The notes: generated by a model from the letters alone, not told the origin. A stretch of DNA of 61,246 nt from an uncultured Planctomycetales bacterium (GCA_964373335.1 CAYJUK010000001.1:719-61964), one strand, 5' to 3'. Counted from the first letter of the stretch, positions 28,100 through 38,014 are shown. Made by a program: numbers and translations.

Positions 28100-29572
28100 A
28101 TGACCATGGCGTTTCGTATCTTAGTGATCACCGAAGGCAAGAGGACTATTGGGTTAGGGCACCTATCCCGATGCCTGGCCTTAGTTCAGGCCTTTCAGGT
28201 TGTGAGAAAAGATTGTACCGTCAAGTTTATTGTGAACGGTGATCGTATCGCCGGGGAATTTCTCCGGAAAAATCAAATGGGATATCAATTGACGGACTGG
28301 CTGAGGCAAAAACAAAGACTTTTCAAGCTTTGTGAACAAGTGGATATTGTGATCATCGACACGTATTTAGCTAAGGAGGATTTCTTTGAAGAAGTAGATA
28401 AGGCTAAACGGTCCGAGGCCCTGGTGATTGTCATCGATGACAGTAACAGGATACATTATCAAGCGGATGTGATTGTCAACCCGTTCATTTATGGAGGGCG
28501 TCTCCCTTACCGAGAGGATTCTCAAATATTTCTGGCAGGCAGAAAATTCGTTATTGTCAGGAAGGAGTTCTGGAACGTCCCTTTCAAAAAGATCAAAAGA
28601 GAGGTCAAGGATGTCCTCATTATCTTTGGGGGGACTGATCAATCATTAAGGATCAAAAAAGTGGTTGATTGTATATTGAAATGGAACCCTTTCTTGAGGA
28701 TCCATATTGTCTCACCTCATTCTTTAAGTTCGTTGAGGAAACTCAACGGTGTCATTTTTTATCAAAATCTCCCAGGCCATAAAATCAAGGATCTGATGTT
28801 AAGGGCTGATGTCTGTTTAACCGGCGGAGGACAAACCACAAATGAATTAGCCAGATGCGGTGTCCCTTCGATTGGCATCGGCTTTGCTGAAAACCAAAGA
28901 TTGAGCCTGGAAGGTTGGAAGGATTGGGGATTTATGAAAGATTATCTCTGGGCTCATGATCCGCATTTGGCCGATAAATTGCCCTTGATCTTTGGGAGAA
29001 TCTGGGCTTATGAAAAACGCTTAATCCTTTCGAAAAGGGGACGAAGCCTCATTGATGGTCAAGGTCCTTTGAGGATTGCTAAGTCGGTCATCGCTTTGAA
29101 AAGGGAGAGTTTAAAATTAAGAAAGGTTAAAAAAGAAGACTGTGGTTTCCTTTTCCGCTGGCGGAATCATCCCGAGGTCCGGAGATACAGTCTAAATCAC
29201 AATAGGATTAAATATGCGGAGCATCAGCAATGGTTTTTTCGTGTCATCCGTGATCCTAACATCAAGATTTTTATTGCTTATCACGGGAAAGAACGCATCG
29301 GTGTGATTCGATTTCATCGGGGACCGTCGAAAAGCATCATTAACGTGAACCTCAATCCCCGCTTTATTGGAAAGGGCTTAGGTCCCGGGATTATCAGAGA
29401 TGGGACAAGGAGATACATTCAAGAAAACCGGGTCAAGAAACCTATTATTGCGGAGACATTGAAGAGCAATGTTAGGTCTCAAAGGGCCTTCGAAAAGGCG
29501 GGGTTTCATCTGTGTCGAACTAACGGAGAGTCTTCAGGGGTGGTGAGATATGAATATTGTCAGGCGCCATGA
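28100..29572 (+). CDS. PseG-like UDP-sugar hydrolase (GT28-like fold) fused to a PseH-like GNAT N-acetyltransferase
   Basis: N-terminal FRILVITEGKRTIGLGHLSRCLALVQAF and GGGQTTNELARCGVPSI (PseG type). The C-terminal ~160 aa, LRKVKKEDCGFLFRWRNHPEVRRYS..GKGLGPGII..AFEKAGF, is GNAT. The start is ambiguous (TTG 28067, ATG 28100 or ATG 28106). Confidence 0.75.
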   Translation: MTMAFRILVITEGKRTIGLGHLSRCLALVQAFQVVRKDCTVKFIVNGDRIAGEFLRKNQMGYQLTDWLRQKQRLFKLCEQVDIVIIDTYLAKEDFFEEVDKAKRSEALVIVIDDSNRIHYQADVIVNPFIYGGRLPYREDSQIFLAGRKFVIVRKEFWNVPFKKIKREVKDVLIIFGGTDQSLRIKKVVDCILKWNPFLRIHIVSPHSLSSLRKLNGVIFYQNLPGHKIKDLMLRADVCLTGGGQTTNELARCGVPSIGIGFAENQRLSLEGWKDWGFMKDYLWAHDPHLADKLPLIFGRIWAYEKRLILSKRGRSLIDGQGPLRIAKSVIALKRESLKLRKVKKEDCGFLFRWRNHPEVRRYSLNHNRIKYAEHQQWFFRVIRDPNIKIFIAYHGKERIGVIRFHRGPSKSIINVNLNPRFIGKGLGPGIIRDGTRRYIQENRVKKPIIAETLKSNVRSQRAFEKAGFHLCRTNGESSGVVRYEYCQAP

Positions 29573-29581
29573 GGGGATTTC

Positions 29582-30613
29582 ATGAAAGAATTCCGATTCC
29601 CTAAAAGCTGTTTCATCATTGCGGAGATTTCCGCGAATCACGGAAGGAGTTTTCAAAGGGCTGCTTCATTAATCAAAATGGCTAAAACCGCTGGCGCGGA
29701 CGCGGTCAAATTTCAAGTCTATACCCCGGAAACCATCAGTTTGAATTCGAGAAATAAATACTTTATGATTCAACATCCTCAATGGGGAGGGCAATCGCTC
29801 TTTGATCTCTATCAAAAGGCTTATACCCCTTGGTCATGGTTTAAGGGATTAAAACGAATCGCTGAGGAGCAGGGGCTTGTCTTTTTTGCCAGTGTATTTG
29901 ATAAAAGTTCGGTTGATTTTCTGGAAGGACTGGGGGTGTCTTTATATAAAATTGCCTCTTTTGAGCTGGTGGATTTGCCGCTGATCGCTTATGCGGCTAA
30001 GACTAAAAAACCTATCATCATCTCCACCGGAATGGCGACGAAAAGAGAGATCGATGAGGCCGTTCAGGAGGCGCGGAAAAACGGGGCTAAGGAATTGGCC
30101 ATCCTCAAATGCGTTAGCAGCTATCCCGCTGATCCGAGCCATATGAATTTACGAAGTATCCCTCATATGCAAAAAACTTTCGGCTTGCCCATCGGATTAT
30201 CGGATCATACCCTAGGAGTTGGAGTTTCGGTGGCGGCGGTGACTCTGGGCGCTCGGGTGATTGAGAAACATATCATATCTTCAAGAAGGCTTAAGACTCC
30301 CGATCATTTTTTTTCGATGGAGCCCCATGAGTTCAAATTGCTGGTAGAAAGTATTAGAACTGTTGAAAAGGCCATGGGAAAGGTTCATTACGGTTTAACC
30401 CCGGAAGAATATCAAAGCCGGATATTCCGGCGTTCCCTTTTCGTTGTGAAGGATATCAAAAAGGGAGAGTTGTTATCGGAAGAGAATGTCAGATCAATAA
30501 GGCCTGCCAATGGTCTGGCTCCTAAAAATGTGTATAAGATAATCGGGAAAAGAGCCCAATGGGATTTAAAGAGGGGAACCCCATTAACCAAAGAGATGGC
30601 CGGGGTTAATTAA
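29582..30613 (+). CDS. pseI: pseudaminic acid synthase (NeuB family)
   Basis: FIIAEISANHG, DAVKFQVYT, LSDHT, and a C-terminal SAF domain (VRSIRPANGLAP). Confidence 0.86.
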   Translation: MKEFRFPKSCFIIAEISANHGRSFQRAASLIKMAKTAGADAVKFQVYTPETISLNSRNKYFMIQHPQWGGQSLFDLYQKAYTPWSWFKGLKRIAEEQGLVFFASVFDKSSVDFLEGLGVSLYKIASFELVDLPLIAYAAKTKKPIIISTGMATKREIDEAVQEARKNGAKELAILKCVSSYPADPSHMNLRSIPHMQKTFGLPIGLSDHTLGVGVSVAAVTLGARVIEKHIISSRRLKTPDHFFSMEPHEFKLLVESIRTVEKAMGKVHYGLTPEEYQSRIFRRSLFVVKDIKKGELLSEENVRSIRPANGLAPKNVYKIIGKRAQWDLKRGTPLTKEMAGVN

Positions 30614-30619
30614 AGGAAG

Positions 30620-32593
30620 ATGATGCGAAAGATTATTGTCTTTGAAGAGATTATACCGGCCTACCGTTGGCTGATTGAGATCTATCTCAGAATGGGTTTT
30701 GAAGTCTATTATTGGAGGATCAATAAATCCATTGAGGAGATGGGTTGGTTTAAGAGAAATTTAAAGCCGGGGAGGATCAAAAAGGTTCCATTCAGCTTTC
30801 TTCTTCATTATACCGATGGGATTTCCGACACCCAGGCCTTCGAGAATTTAGAGCGCTTTTTCCCTGCCTTCCTGAAAAGAAATCCAGTCCTCCCTGACAT
30901 GAAAAAGCTTTATGATTCCGATCATATTGAATTAGCCTTTAAGAATATCCTGATCAAGAAACTGGCCAGGTTTTATTACCTTAAAGAAAATATGTCGCGG
31001 CTGAGAGAGTCTTTTGGGAAAGAGGATGTGATTCTTTTTTATCCGGTCCGGTCAACAGATGTTTTCCAGATTCTTGATTGTGATGTCTCGGATTATCAAA
31101 TGTTTATTAAAGAGGACCATCTCCTTGGGGCAGAGATCAAAAACAATCACAATGTCCATTTCCCTCGCTGGCTGATTTTGTCAAGGTCTATTCAATGCCA
31201 ATGGAAACGGCTGATTTGTCTGGCGAAGATTTTTATGATAATGGGATACATGGTCATCAACTTGGCGAGAAAGCCTCTTCAAAAACAATTCTTTAAATAC
31301 GGGATCCTGGTGCTCTCGGAAAGGCAGTTTGAGACAGACCTCAAGCCCATAGATTTTCTGGCGGATGGGACCCAAATTTTAAAATCCGAGATCATCTTTA
31401 TTCCTTACAACCGTCTCACCAAGAATCAAATCGATCATCTGAAACGGAAACGATTGAATTATATTGAAGACTCCAATACCTTTTTTAAATGGTCGGTAGT
31501 CAAGAAAGGAATTGCCTATTTTCTAAGATTAATCAAAGTGAGTTTACTGCTGGACATTGATATCTTATCGAATACCATGCGGCTGATTTATTATTACGTG
31601 AAGTGGGAATCGTTTTCCGAGAGACTGGGAGTCCAGCATTCCATCACCCAGAATACGGATACAGTGAATCAAGCGATTGCCCGCGATTTGATCTTTAAGC
31701 AGAAAGGGACGGTGAGCTGGAAATATATGGATTCTTCGAGTCTGGTGAATTATTTTTTCCCATTGAAAGATGTCACCATGGCCAAGGAGAACTCATTTGT
31801 TTATATGTATTGCGACAATCTTGTTTCCTGGTCTAGAGATAATACAGAGATTTTTAAAACGACAAGATCCGTGGTACAAAATTACTGGGAGACAGGACAT
31901 TTTTGGGCCGAATATGCTCGCATGATCCAGGAGCAAAGGATCGTCTCCATCCTCAAGGATATCCTGAGCTGCAATGGTTTGAGCGAACATCACAAAATTA
32001 TCAGTGTCTTTGACTCAACCTTCAATGACAATACCATGAACACCTATGAGGAGGGGATCAGGTTTCTAGAGGATATCTATAGGCTCTTAGAAGAATTCCC
32101 GGATGTTTTTATTGTTTTAAAAGAGAAGAAAACCAGAGAGGCGGTCTTTGGAGATTCTCCAACGATGGCCAACTTGTACAGCAAAGTCGAATGTCATCCG
32201 CGGTTCTATTCGGTTAAAAATTTTATCAGCCCGTCAGAGGTCATTGCGTTCAGTGAGGTGGTGATATCATTTCCTTTTACTTCAACGAGTTTGGAGGCCT
32301 TATCGATTCAGAAAAAGGCCGTTTGGTATGATCCCACTCATCTTTACCAGGGGACATTTTATGATAAAGTGCCGGGCTTGGTGTGTCATAACTATCAAGA
32401 GCTTTTATCGCAAGTCAGAAAATTGTTATATCAGACAACGGAAGAACAATACCGAGAATTCCTTAAAAGGTATATTGAGAATTATTGCTGTTCTTCTTTG
32501 GATGGATTAGGGATCACGCGATTCCGCGGGCTTTTGGTTAAATATGAAAATTTAGTCAATCTTCATAAGCTTGAGAAATCATTGATAGCATAA
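30620..32593 (+). CDS. uncharacterised 657-aa protein, paralogue of 21528; GT-B/TagF-like C-terminal half
   Basis: See 21528 for the alignable blocks. No canonical GT2/GT4 motif. Confidence 0.6.
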   Translation: MMRKIIVFEEIIPAYRWLIEIYLRMGFEVYYWRINKSIEEMGWFKRNLKPGRIKKVPFSFLLHYTDGISDTQAFENLERFFPAFLKRNPVLPDMKKLYDSDHIELAFKNILIKKLARFYYLKENMSRLRESFGKEDVILFYPVRSTDVFQILDCDVSDYQMFIKEDHLLGAEIKNNHNVHFPRWLILSRSIQCQWKRLICLAKIFMIMGYMVINLARKPLQKQFFKYGILVLSERQFETDLKPIDFLADGTQILKSEIIFIPYNRLTKNQIDHLKRKRLNYIEDSNTFFKWSVVKKGIAYFLRLIKVSLLLDIDILSNTMRLIYYYVKWESFSERLGVQHSITQNTDTVNQAIARDLIFKQKGTVSWKYMDSSSLVNYFFPLKDVTMAKENSFVYMYCDNLVSWSRDNTEIFKTTRSVVQNYWETGHFWAEYARMIQEQRIVSILKDILSCNGLSEHHKIISVFDSTFNDNTMNTYEEGIRFLEDIYRLLEEFPDVFIVLKEKKTREAVFGDSPTMANLYSKVECHPRFYSVKNFISPSEVIAFSEVVISFPFTSTSLEALSIQKKAVWYDPTHLYQGTFYDKVPGLVCHNYQELLSQVRKLLYQTTEEQYREFLKRYIENYCCSSLDGLGITRFRGLLVKYENLVNLHKLEKSLIA

Positions 32594-32610
32594 TCAAAGA
32601 AATATAATCT

Positions 32611-34590
32611 ATGCGTATTATTCTCTTAGAGTTTATTGATGAAGTCCAGGCGTTGATAAAACTTTATGGGAAAGAATTTTTTCTGGATACTGACACAATA
32701 ACCATCTGCATTCACCCTAAGGCGAGAGCTTATTTGAAAAATCTTGGAATACATTCTCAAGACACCCTTCCGTATTTAGATAATGAAGCTCAAAATCGCA
32801 TCATTTTAAAAAGTGAACAGTTAACCGTCAAATTAGTGGAGGAGCTGCGATTCAAAGACGATTTTGGATTTGAGAAGGGTTATCGGGAGACGTGTATTCA
32901 TCATGTGCGGTTTTATATTAATTATTTTCTCTGGATTATTGAGCTCCTGAAAGGAATCTTTGAAAAACATGGATCACAAGTTGAGGCTGTTTATGCCTGT
33001 ATCCCTCTTGGCCAGGTTCAATGCAATTCACGGCTGGGTTATATCCAGGATAGGGAACGTTATTTGGGGGTCATGACGAAGGAGTATTGTCTGATCAAAG
33101 ACGTTAATTTTATTCCTGCCAAGATGGTTCTTCAGCAAGAGCCATTCTGGGAACGGTGTGCTGCCGCTTTTGCCCGTCAACTTTTGAAAGTCTTTTTTAG
33201 GATTCATTATAAGATCTTGGCAAGGAGGGATTATAAAAATCATGACGTGGTCATCGTACCTGGCCTTTCCTATCGGATGGATCTATTGCTGAAAGATATT
33301 AAAAATCGTTATCCTCAAGTTAAAGCCTTTATGATTTGGGAAGGAGGGGAATCCTTTAGAAGACAATTAGCCAAGAGTTATATGACATTAACCCATCTCC
33401 AAAAAAAATGGAAAAGGGAGAATCTTTTGGAGTCGATCATTCATTTAGATTTTATCAAGGGAGATTTTCGTTTAGATCCCGCGATACAAAAAAATTTTTC
33501 TCAACACTTCGACGCATTGCTGGCTATGATTGACTCCGGCTTCAAGGAAGAATGTCATTATGAAGGGATAACGATCGCCCCTTACTTGAAAGAAAAGGTA
33601 GGCGGAGGGTTAAAACAGGAAATCTTGAATTTACAGCATTCCACGTATTGTTTAAGTGAAATCTTTAAAAAGTTTAAGCCCAGACTCTTGATCTCTATGT
33701 ACAGTGCCGGCATCTTTTATATGATGGGCGAGTTGGCTAATTATTATCATTTTCCCGCGCTTAATATCAGTCATGGGACGCATGTTCCTCCCAATAATGA
33801 ATTTGAAAGGATTGAAAATTATCGGCTTTCGACCAGCGTGATTATGAATACTTATCCCATTGTGGCTGTCCAAACCCCCTGGGCGGAAAAATTTTTGGAT
33901 TATTATGGAGATCGCCGCAAAAGGATTTTAACCGGCCCGTTGTTGTATTCGGAGATTAATCGCAGTGAAAGAGAGGCCCTGCTTCAACACCTTTGGGGTC
34001 ATCAATCGAATAGAAAAATTATTGTTCATGCGGCTACCCAGAAACCACGGTATGGCCTCCGTTTTCATATCACCGAAAGCCTCGATGAATATATCGCTGC
34101 TCTTGCTGATATTGTTGGGGTTGTCAATAACCTCAAAGACGTTTATCTTATCATTAGACCCCATCCCAGCTGTAATCTCAGCGAGGAAGAATTTCGCCTC
34201 CTATTGCCAGATTCCACGAAGGTCAAGGTGCTAGGGAAGGGGCCTTTCTCCCGCATTCTCTCTGCCAGTGATTTGATGATCAGTTATTCTTCAACTTGTA
34301 TTGAGGAGGCCACCCAGAATGGAGTTCCGGTATTGCTGTATGATAAGTGGAAGAGGTATAATCACTTTAATATTGGGGAGATTGATGATCCTTTTTCTTT
34401 AAAAAAGCAACCCTCCTACTATTTGACACATTCGGATTTATTGAAGCCAACCCTAGAAAAACTTCTCACGATGTTTCCTGATCCTTCTTTTGCAGGCCAG
34501 GAAATCCCCGAGTACAAATACCCCAAGAATTATCGGACTCATTTCACTCAATTTGTGGATCAAGCATTGAATGGAGGTATTCCTCAGTGA
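32611..34590 (+). CDS. uncharacterised 659-aa putative GT-B transferase with an HP...SxSST signature (sialyltransferase/TagF-like)
   Basis: C-terminal Rossmann-like unit KIIVHAATQ.., VYLIIRPHPSCN, then DLMISYSSTCIEEATQNGVPVLLYD. Confidence 0.6.
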   Translation: MRIILLEFIDEVQALIKLYGKEFFLDTDTITICIHPKARAYLKNLGIHSQDTLPYLDNEAQNRIILKSEQLTVKLVEELRFKDDFGFEKGYRETCIHHVRFYINYFLWIIELLKGIFEKHGSQVEAVYACIPLGQVQCNSRLGYIQDRERYLGVMTKEYCLIKDVNFIPAKMVLQQEPFWERCAAAFARQLLKVFFRIHYKILARRDYKNHDVVIVPGLSYRMDLLLKDIKNRYPQVKAFMIWEGGESFRRQLAKSYMTLTHLQKKWKRENLLESIIHLDFIKGDFRLDPAIQKNFSQHFDALLAMIDSGFKEECHYEGITIAPYLKEKVGGGLKQEILNLQHSTYCLSEIFKKFKPRLLISMYSAGIFYMMGELANYYHFPALNISHGTHVPPNNEFERIENYRLSTSVIMNTYPIVAVQTPWAEKFLDYYGDRRKRILTGPLLYSEINRSEREALLQHLWGHQSNRKIIVHAATQKPRYGLRFHITESLDEYIAALADIVGVVNNLKDVYLIIRPHPSCNLSEEEFRLLLPDSTKVKVLGKGPFSRILSASDLMISYSSTCIEEATQNGVPVLLYDKWKRYNHFNIGEIDDPFSLKKQPSYYLTHSDLLKPTLEKLLTMFPDPSFAGQEIPEYKYPKNYRTHFTQFVDQALNGGIPQ

Positions 34591-35348
34591 ATGTTGTCCT
34601 GATCATGGCTAAAGAAGGAAGTCTGGGCCTTCCGGGGAAAAACATATGGAAGATTAAGGAGAAAGGGACATTGCTTGAGTGGACGATCTCGGATGGCCGG
34701 CAATCCAAACTCGTTGATCGGGTTTTTGTCAGTACTAATGGGGAGAAGATCGCTCGTATCGCTCAAGAGGCCGGGGCTGAGGTGATCAGGAGAGAAGATG
34801 AGTTAGCCAAGAATGAAAAATTCCTGGAAGGTGTGGATCATGCCATCAGGACAATCAAAACATTCCATCCCTCGTTGGCTGTAATTGCGATTCCGCAATG
34901 CGTGGTTCCTTTCCGGGATCCTGATATCTTTGACCGCTGCATCTCGTTTTTATTGGAGAATAAGGCATATGATTCCGCGATCACGATTCGGAATGTGGGA
35001 TTTATCCCGGAGGCCTTAATGAAGATTGAGGGAGAAGATCTCATCCCTTATTTCCCTCACACGCAGGCCAACGTCTCCGGCTCCCGGCAAGACAGCTCCG
35101 GTTATGAGATTGATCATGCAGTAGAATGTTTTCGTTATGAGTCCTGGTTGAATCGAGAAAAAGGTATCCGGCCGTGGAATTATTTGGGGCGTAAGATCAA
35201 GGGAATCAAACAGTATTTTCATAATCCCAATTGCTTTGTCGATGTCCATGAGATCGATGACATCCGCTGGCTGGAATTTATTATTGATCATTGGGGATGC
35301 CAAGGGATGAAGTCTGCGACTTTAAGGAAAGATTATACTTGTTCTTAA
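34587..35348 (+). CDS. acylneuraminate cytidylyltransferase-family protein (third CMP-NulO-synthetase-like gene)
   Basis: GTGA overlap with the upstream gene. VVLIMAKEGSLGLPGKNIWKIKEKGTLLEWTI resembles the NeuA N-terminus. Confidence 0.72.
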   Translation: MNVVLIMAKEGSLGLPGKNIWKIKEKGTLLEWTISDGRQSKLVDRVFVSTNGEKIARIAQEAGAEVIRREDELAKNEKFLEGVDHAIRTIKTFHPSLAVIAIPQCVVPFRDPDIFDRCISFLLENKAYDSAITIRNVGFIPEALMKIEGEDLIPYFPHTQANVSGSRQDSSGYEIDHAVECFRYESWLNREKGIRPWNYLGRKIKGIKQYFHNPNCFVDVHEIDDIRWLEFIIDHWGCQGMKSATLRKDYTCS

Positions 35349-35493
35349 TGAAAACTTCGCACAAAACGGCGAAGTTTTCATTAAACCCCAATTTTGCAAT
35401 ACAAAATGTGGGGTTAAACCCCAATTCAACACCCGGGTGCTGAATTGGGGTAAACAAGCATTTCCTAAATACGAAATTTTGATTAATAGGTGG
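35334..35493 (+). repeat. left copy of a long inverted repeat; composite of three hairpins
   Basis: Hairpin 1 has a 16-bp perfect stem (35345-35360 / 35369-35384). Hairpin 2 is at 35384-35415 (AACCCCAATTTTG..CAAAATgTGGGGTT). Hairpin 3 has an 11-bp perfect stem (35418-35428 / 35441-35451). Its reverse complement recurs at 56829-56952. Confidence 0.85.
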
Positions 35494-35498
35494 GATAG

Positions 35499-36443
35499 AT
35501 GTCAAAAGGGAAATTATTTATATCAACGACCACATTTGGGCTCTGTGATCCAATGCCTTTATTGAAATTAAAAAAGGCAAAGATCAATTTTTCCTTGAAT
35601 CCTTTAAAAAGGACATTAACCACCGCGGAGCTCATCAATTTTCTGGATGGATCAAATTATCTGATCGCGGGAACGGAAAGAATTACCCGGGAAGTCTTTC
35701 GCCAATGTCCTCATCTGGAATTCATCTCACGCTGTGGCAGCGGAATCGATAACATTGACCTTAAGGCGGCGGAACAATATAATGTTTCAATTTCCTCAAC
35801 CCCGGAAGCGCCGGTTGGGGCAGTGGCCGAACTGACGCTTGCTTTCATATTGAATACATTAAGAAATATCAATTCCGCCGATCGGATGTTGCGAGAGGGG
35901 AAGTGGCAGAAGCCCATGGGAAATCTCCTCTTTGGGAAGAAGATTGGGATTCTTGGATTCGGCAGGGTTGGCAGACGATTGGCCCATTTATTGCAGCCTT
36001 TCGAGGTACAGTTTTTGATCCACGAGATCATGCCTCCAAAGATTGTCAAGGGGCTGAAAAATCTCCAATTTTTATCACTCAGAGAGGTTTGTAAGCAAGC
36101 TGATATTTTGACAATTCATTTGCCTTACTCTTTCAAGGTTCATCATCTGATCAATCAGAGGACTTTAAGTTTGATGAAAAAGGATTTGATATTGATCAAT
36201 ACCTCCCGGGGAGAGATTGTGGATGAACAGGCCTTGGCCGATGCCCTTTCACAAAAGAAAATCAAAGCAGCTGCCTTGGACGTATTCGAGCAGGAACCTT
36301 ATTCCGGCCCGTTGACACAGTTTGAAAACGTTCTTCTAACTCCGCATCTGGGAGCTTATACGAAAGAAACACGTGTCGCGATGGAGCTAAAGGTTGTAGA
36401 GAACGTTTTAGATTATCTTCAGAGGCGCCCCGCCAATGATTAA
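35499..36443 (+). CDS. D-isomer-specific 2-hydroxyacid dehydrogenase (phosphoglycerate dehydrogenase/hydroxypyruvate reductase-like)
   Basis: NAD motif KIGILGFGRVGRRLAHLL, then INTSRGEIVDEQAL and TPHLGAYT (catalytic His region). Confidence 0.82.
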   Translation: MSKGKLFISTTTFGLCDPMPLLKLKKAKINFSLNPLKRTLTTAELINFLDGSNYLIAGTERITREVFRQCPHLEFISRCGSGIDNIDLKAAEQYNVSISSTPEAPVGAVAELTLAFILNTLRNINSADRMLREGKWQKPMGNLLFGKKIGILGFGRVGRRLAHLLQPFEVQFLIHEIMPPKIVKGLKNLQFLSLREVCKQADILTIHLPYSFKVHHLINQRTLSLMKKDLILINTSRGEIVDEQALADALSQKKIKAAALDVFEQEPYSGPLTQFENVLLTPHLGAYTKETRVAMELKVVENVLDYLQRRPAND

Positions 36444-37092
36444 GGCTATTATCTTAGATTTTGACGGGATTATTCTAGAGACCAATAGGATTAAGCTCAA
36501 TGGATTCTTGCATTTGTTTCGAGACTATCCTTTGAAAATTCGAAGAAGGATTAGAGATTTACATCTGAATAATGGAGGGGTTTCCCGATTTAAGAAATTC
36601 CGAATCATTTATCATGAGTTTTTGAAAGCACCTTTAATCCCTAAGGAAGAAAAGCGCTTAGGAGAAGAATTTTCCTCATATTGCTTCCAACAGGTCTTAA
36701 AAGCCCCTTATGTAAAAGGCATAAAGGTATTTTTAAATTGGGCTTACAGAAGGTATAATTTATTCATTGTCTCAGCCACTCCAGAGGCCGAAATCAGAGA
36801 GATCGTAAAGCGAAGAAAATTAAATAAATTTTTCAAATCTGTGTATGGATCACCCCATCCCAAAGAAGCCCTTTGCCGTAAGATTATCAAGAAGAATAAA
36901 TTTAAAAAAGAAGACGTATTGTTTATTGGGGACTCTCTGAGTGATCTCAGAGGGGCGGAGGCCAATCAGGTGGATTTTGTTGTGAGGATTCATGAGGATA
37001 ATAAAAAATTATTCAAGAATAAGGAGATTCTTCGAATTAAAAATTTTGTCAATTTTCCAGCCCGATTGAGAAAATCTTATGAAGAAAAATAA
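36436..37092 (+). CDS. HAD-superfamily phosphatase
   Basis: Motif I IILDFDGIILET (DxD), motif II VSATP, motif IV FIGDSLSD. Confidence 0.78.
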   Translation: MIKAIILDFDGIILETNRIKLNGFLHLFRDYPLKIRRRIRDLHLNNGGVSRFKKFRIIYHEFLKAPLIPKEEKRLGEEFSSYCFQQVLKAPYVKGIKVFLNWAYRRYNLFIVSATPEAEIREIVKRRKLNKFFKSVYGSPHPKEALCRKIIKKNKFKKEDVLFIGDSLSDLRGAEANQVDFVVRIHEDNKKLFKNKEILRIKNFVNFPARLRKSYEEK

Positions 37093-38014
37093 ATTGAAAA
37101 TCGTTGTCTTTGGGGGATCGGGATTTTTAGGCCGTTATCTTGTCGAAGCCCTTTTGCCGGAAGGCCATGAGGTGACCGTCTTTGATCTTAAACAATCAAG
37201 GGTGGAGGAGCAAGGGGGCAGATTTATTCATGGAGACATTATTGATCGTAAAAGGGTGGCCCCTGCCTTAAAAGGGGTGGATGTGGCCTACAATCTGGCG
37301 GCTATTTCCGATATCGATGAATGTATCCAAAATCCGGTTGAGGCCGTGAGACAAAACATCCTGGGAAATACGATCATCCTGGATGAATGTGTTAAGTCCC
37401 AGGTGAAGAGATTTATCCTGGCCAGCACATTGTATGTTTATTCCTCCTCGGGAGGAATCTATCGATCCACCAAACAGGCGTGTGAGTCCATTGTGGAAGA
37501 TTATCATAAATATTATGACCTCGATTTTACGATCTTAAGATACGGGACCCCTTACGGACCGGGAGCCAATGGGAACAACAGTGTTTATCGATTTTTAAGA
37601 CAGGCGATTGAGGAAAAGAAGATCGAATACCGCGGCACCGGGAATGAGATGCGGGAATATATTCACGCCCATGACGCCGCCTTGTTAAGCATCAAAGTGC
37701 TTGAGGAACAGTACCGGAATGAACGCGTGATCCTTTCCGGCCCCCATCCTATTAAGATCAGTGATTTTTTTATGATGATTAATGAGATTTTTGGTAATAC
37801 CTTGGAGATTCAATATGTGAATAACGAGAAGAAAATCCCGGAAAGACATTACCAGATGACGCCGTATTCTTATAATCCCAAGATAGCCAAAAAATTAGTC
37901 GGTCAGTCTTATCTGGACCTCGGGCAGGGCATCCTGGATTGCATTGAGGGCATTAAACAAAAAATCCCTGTGTCCTCGGCAGACCTCAATCAGACCTTCC
38001 CACAATTAAAATGA
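37079..38014 (+). CDS. NAD-dependent epimerase/dehydratase (extended SDR)
   Basis: IVVFGGSGFLGRYL and YRSTK (YxxxK). Confidence 0.82.
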   Translation: MKKNKLKIVVFGGSGFLGRYLVEALLPEGHEVTVFDLKQSRVEEQGGRFIHGDIIDRKRVAPALKGVDVAYNLAAISDIDECIQNPVEAVRQNILGNTIILDECVKSQVKRFILASTLYVYSSSGGIYRSTKQACESIVEDYHKYYDLDFTILRYGTPYGPGANGNNSVYRFLRQAIEEKKIEYRGTGNEMREYIHAHDAALLSIKVLEEQYRNERVILSGPHPIKISDFFMMINEIFGNTLEIQYVNNEKKIPERHYQMTPYSYNPKIAKKLVGQSYLDLGQGILDCIEGIKQKIPVSSADLNQTFPQLK

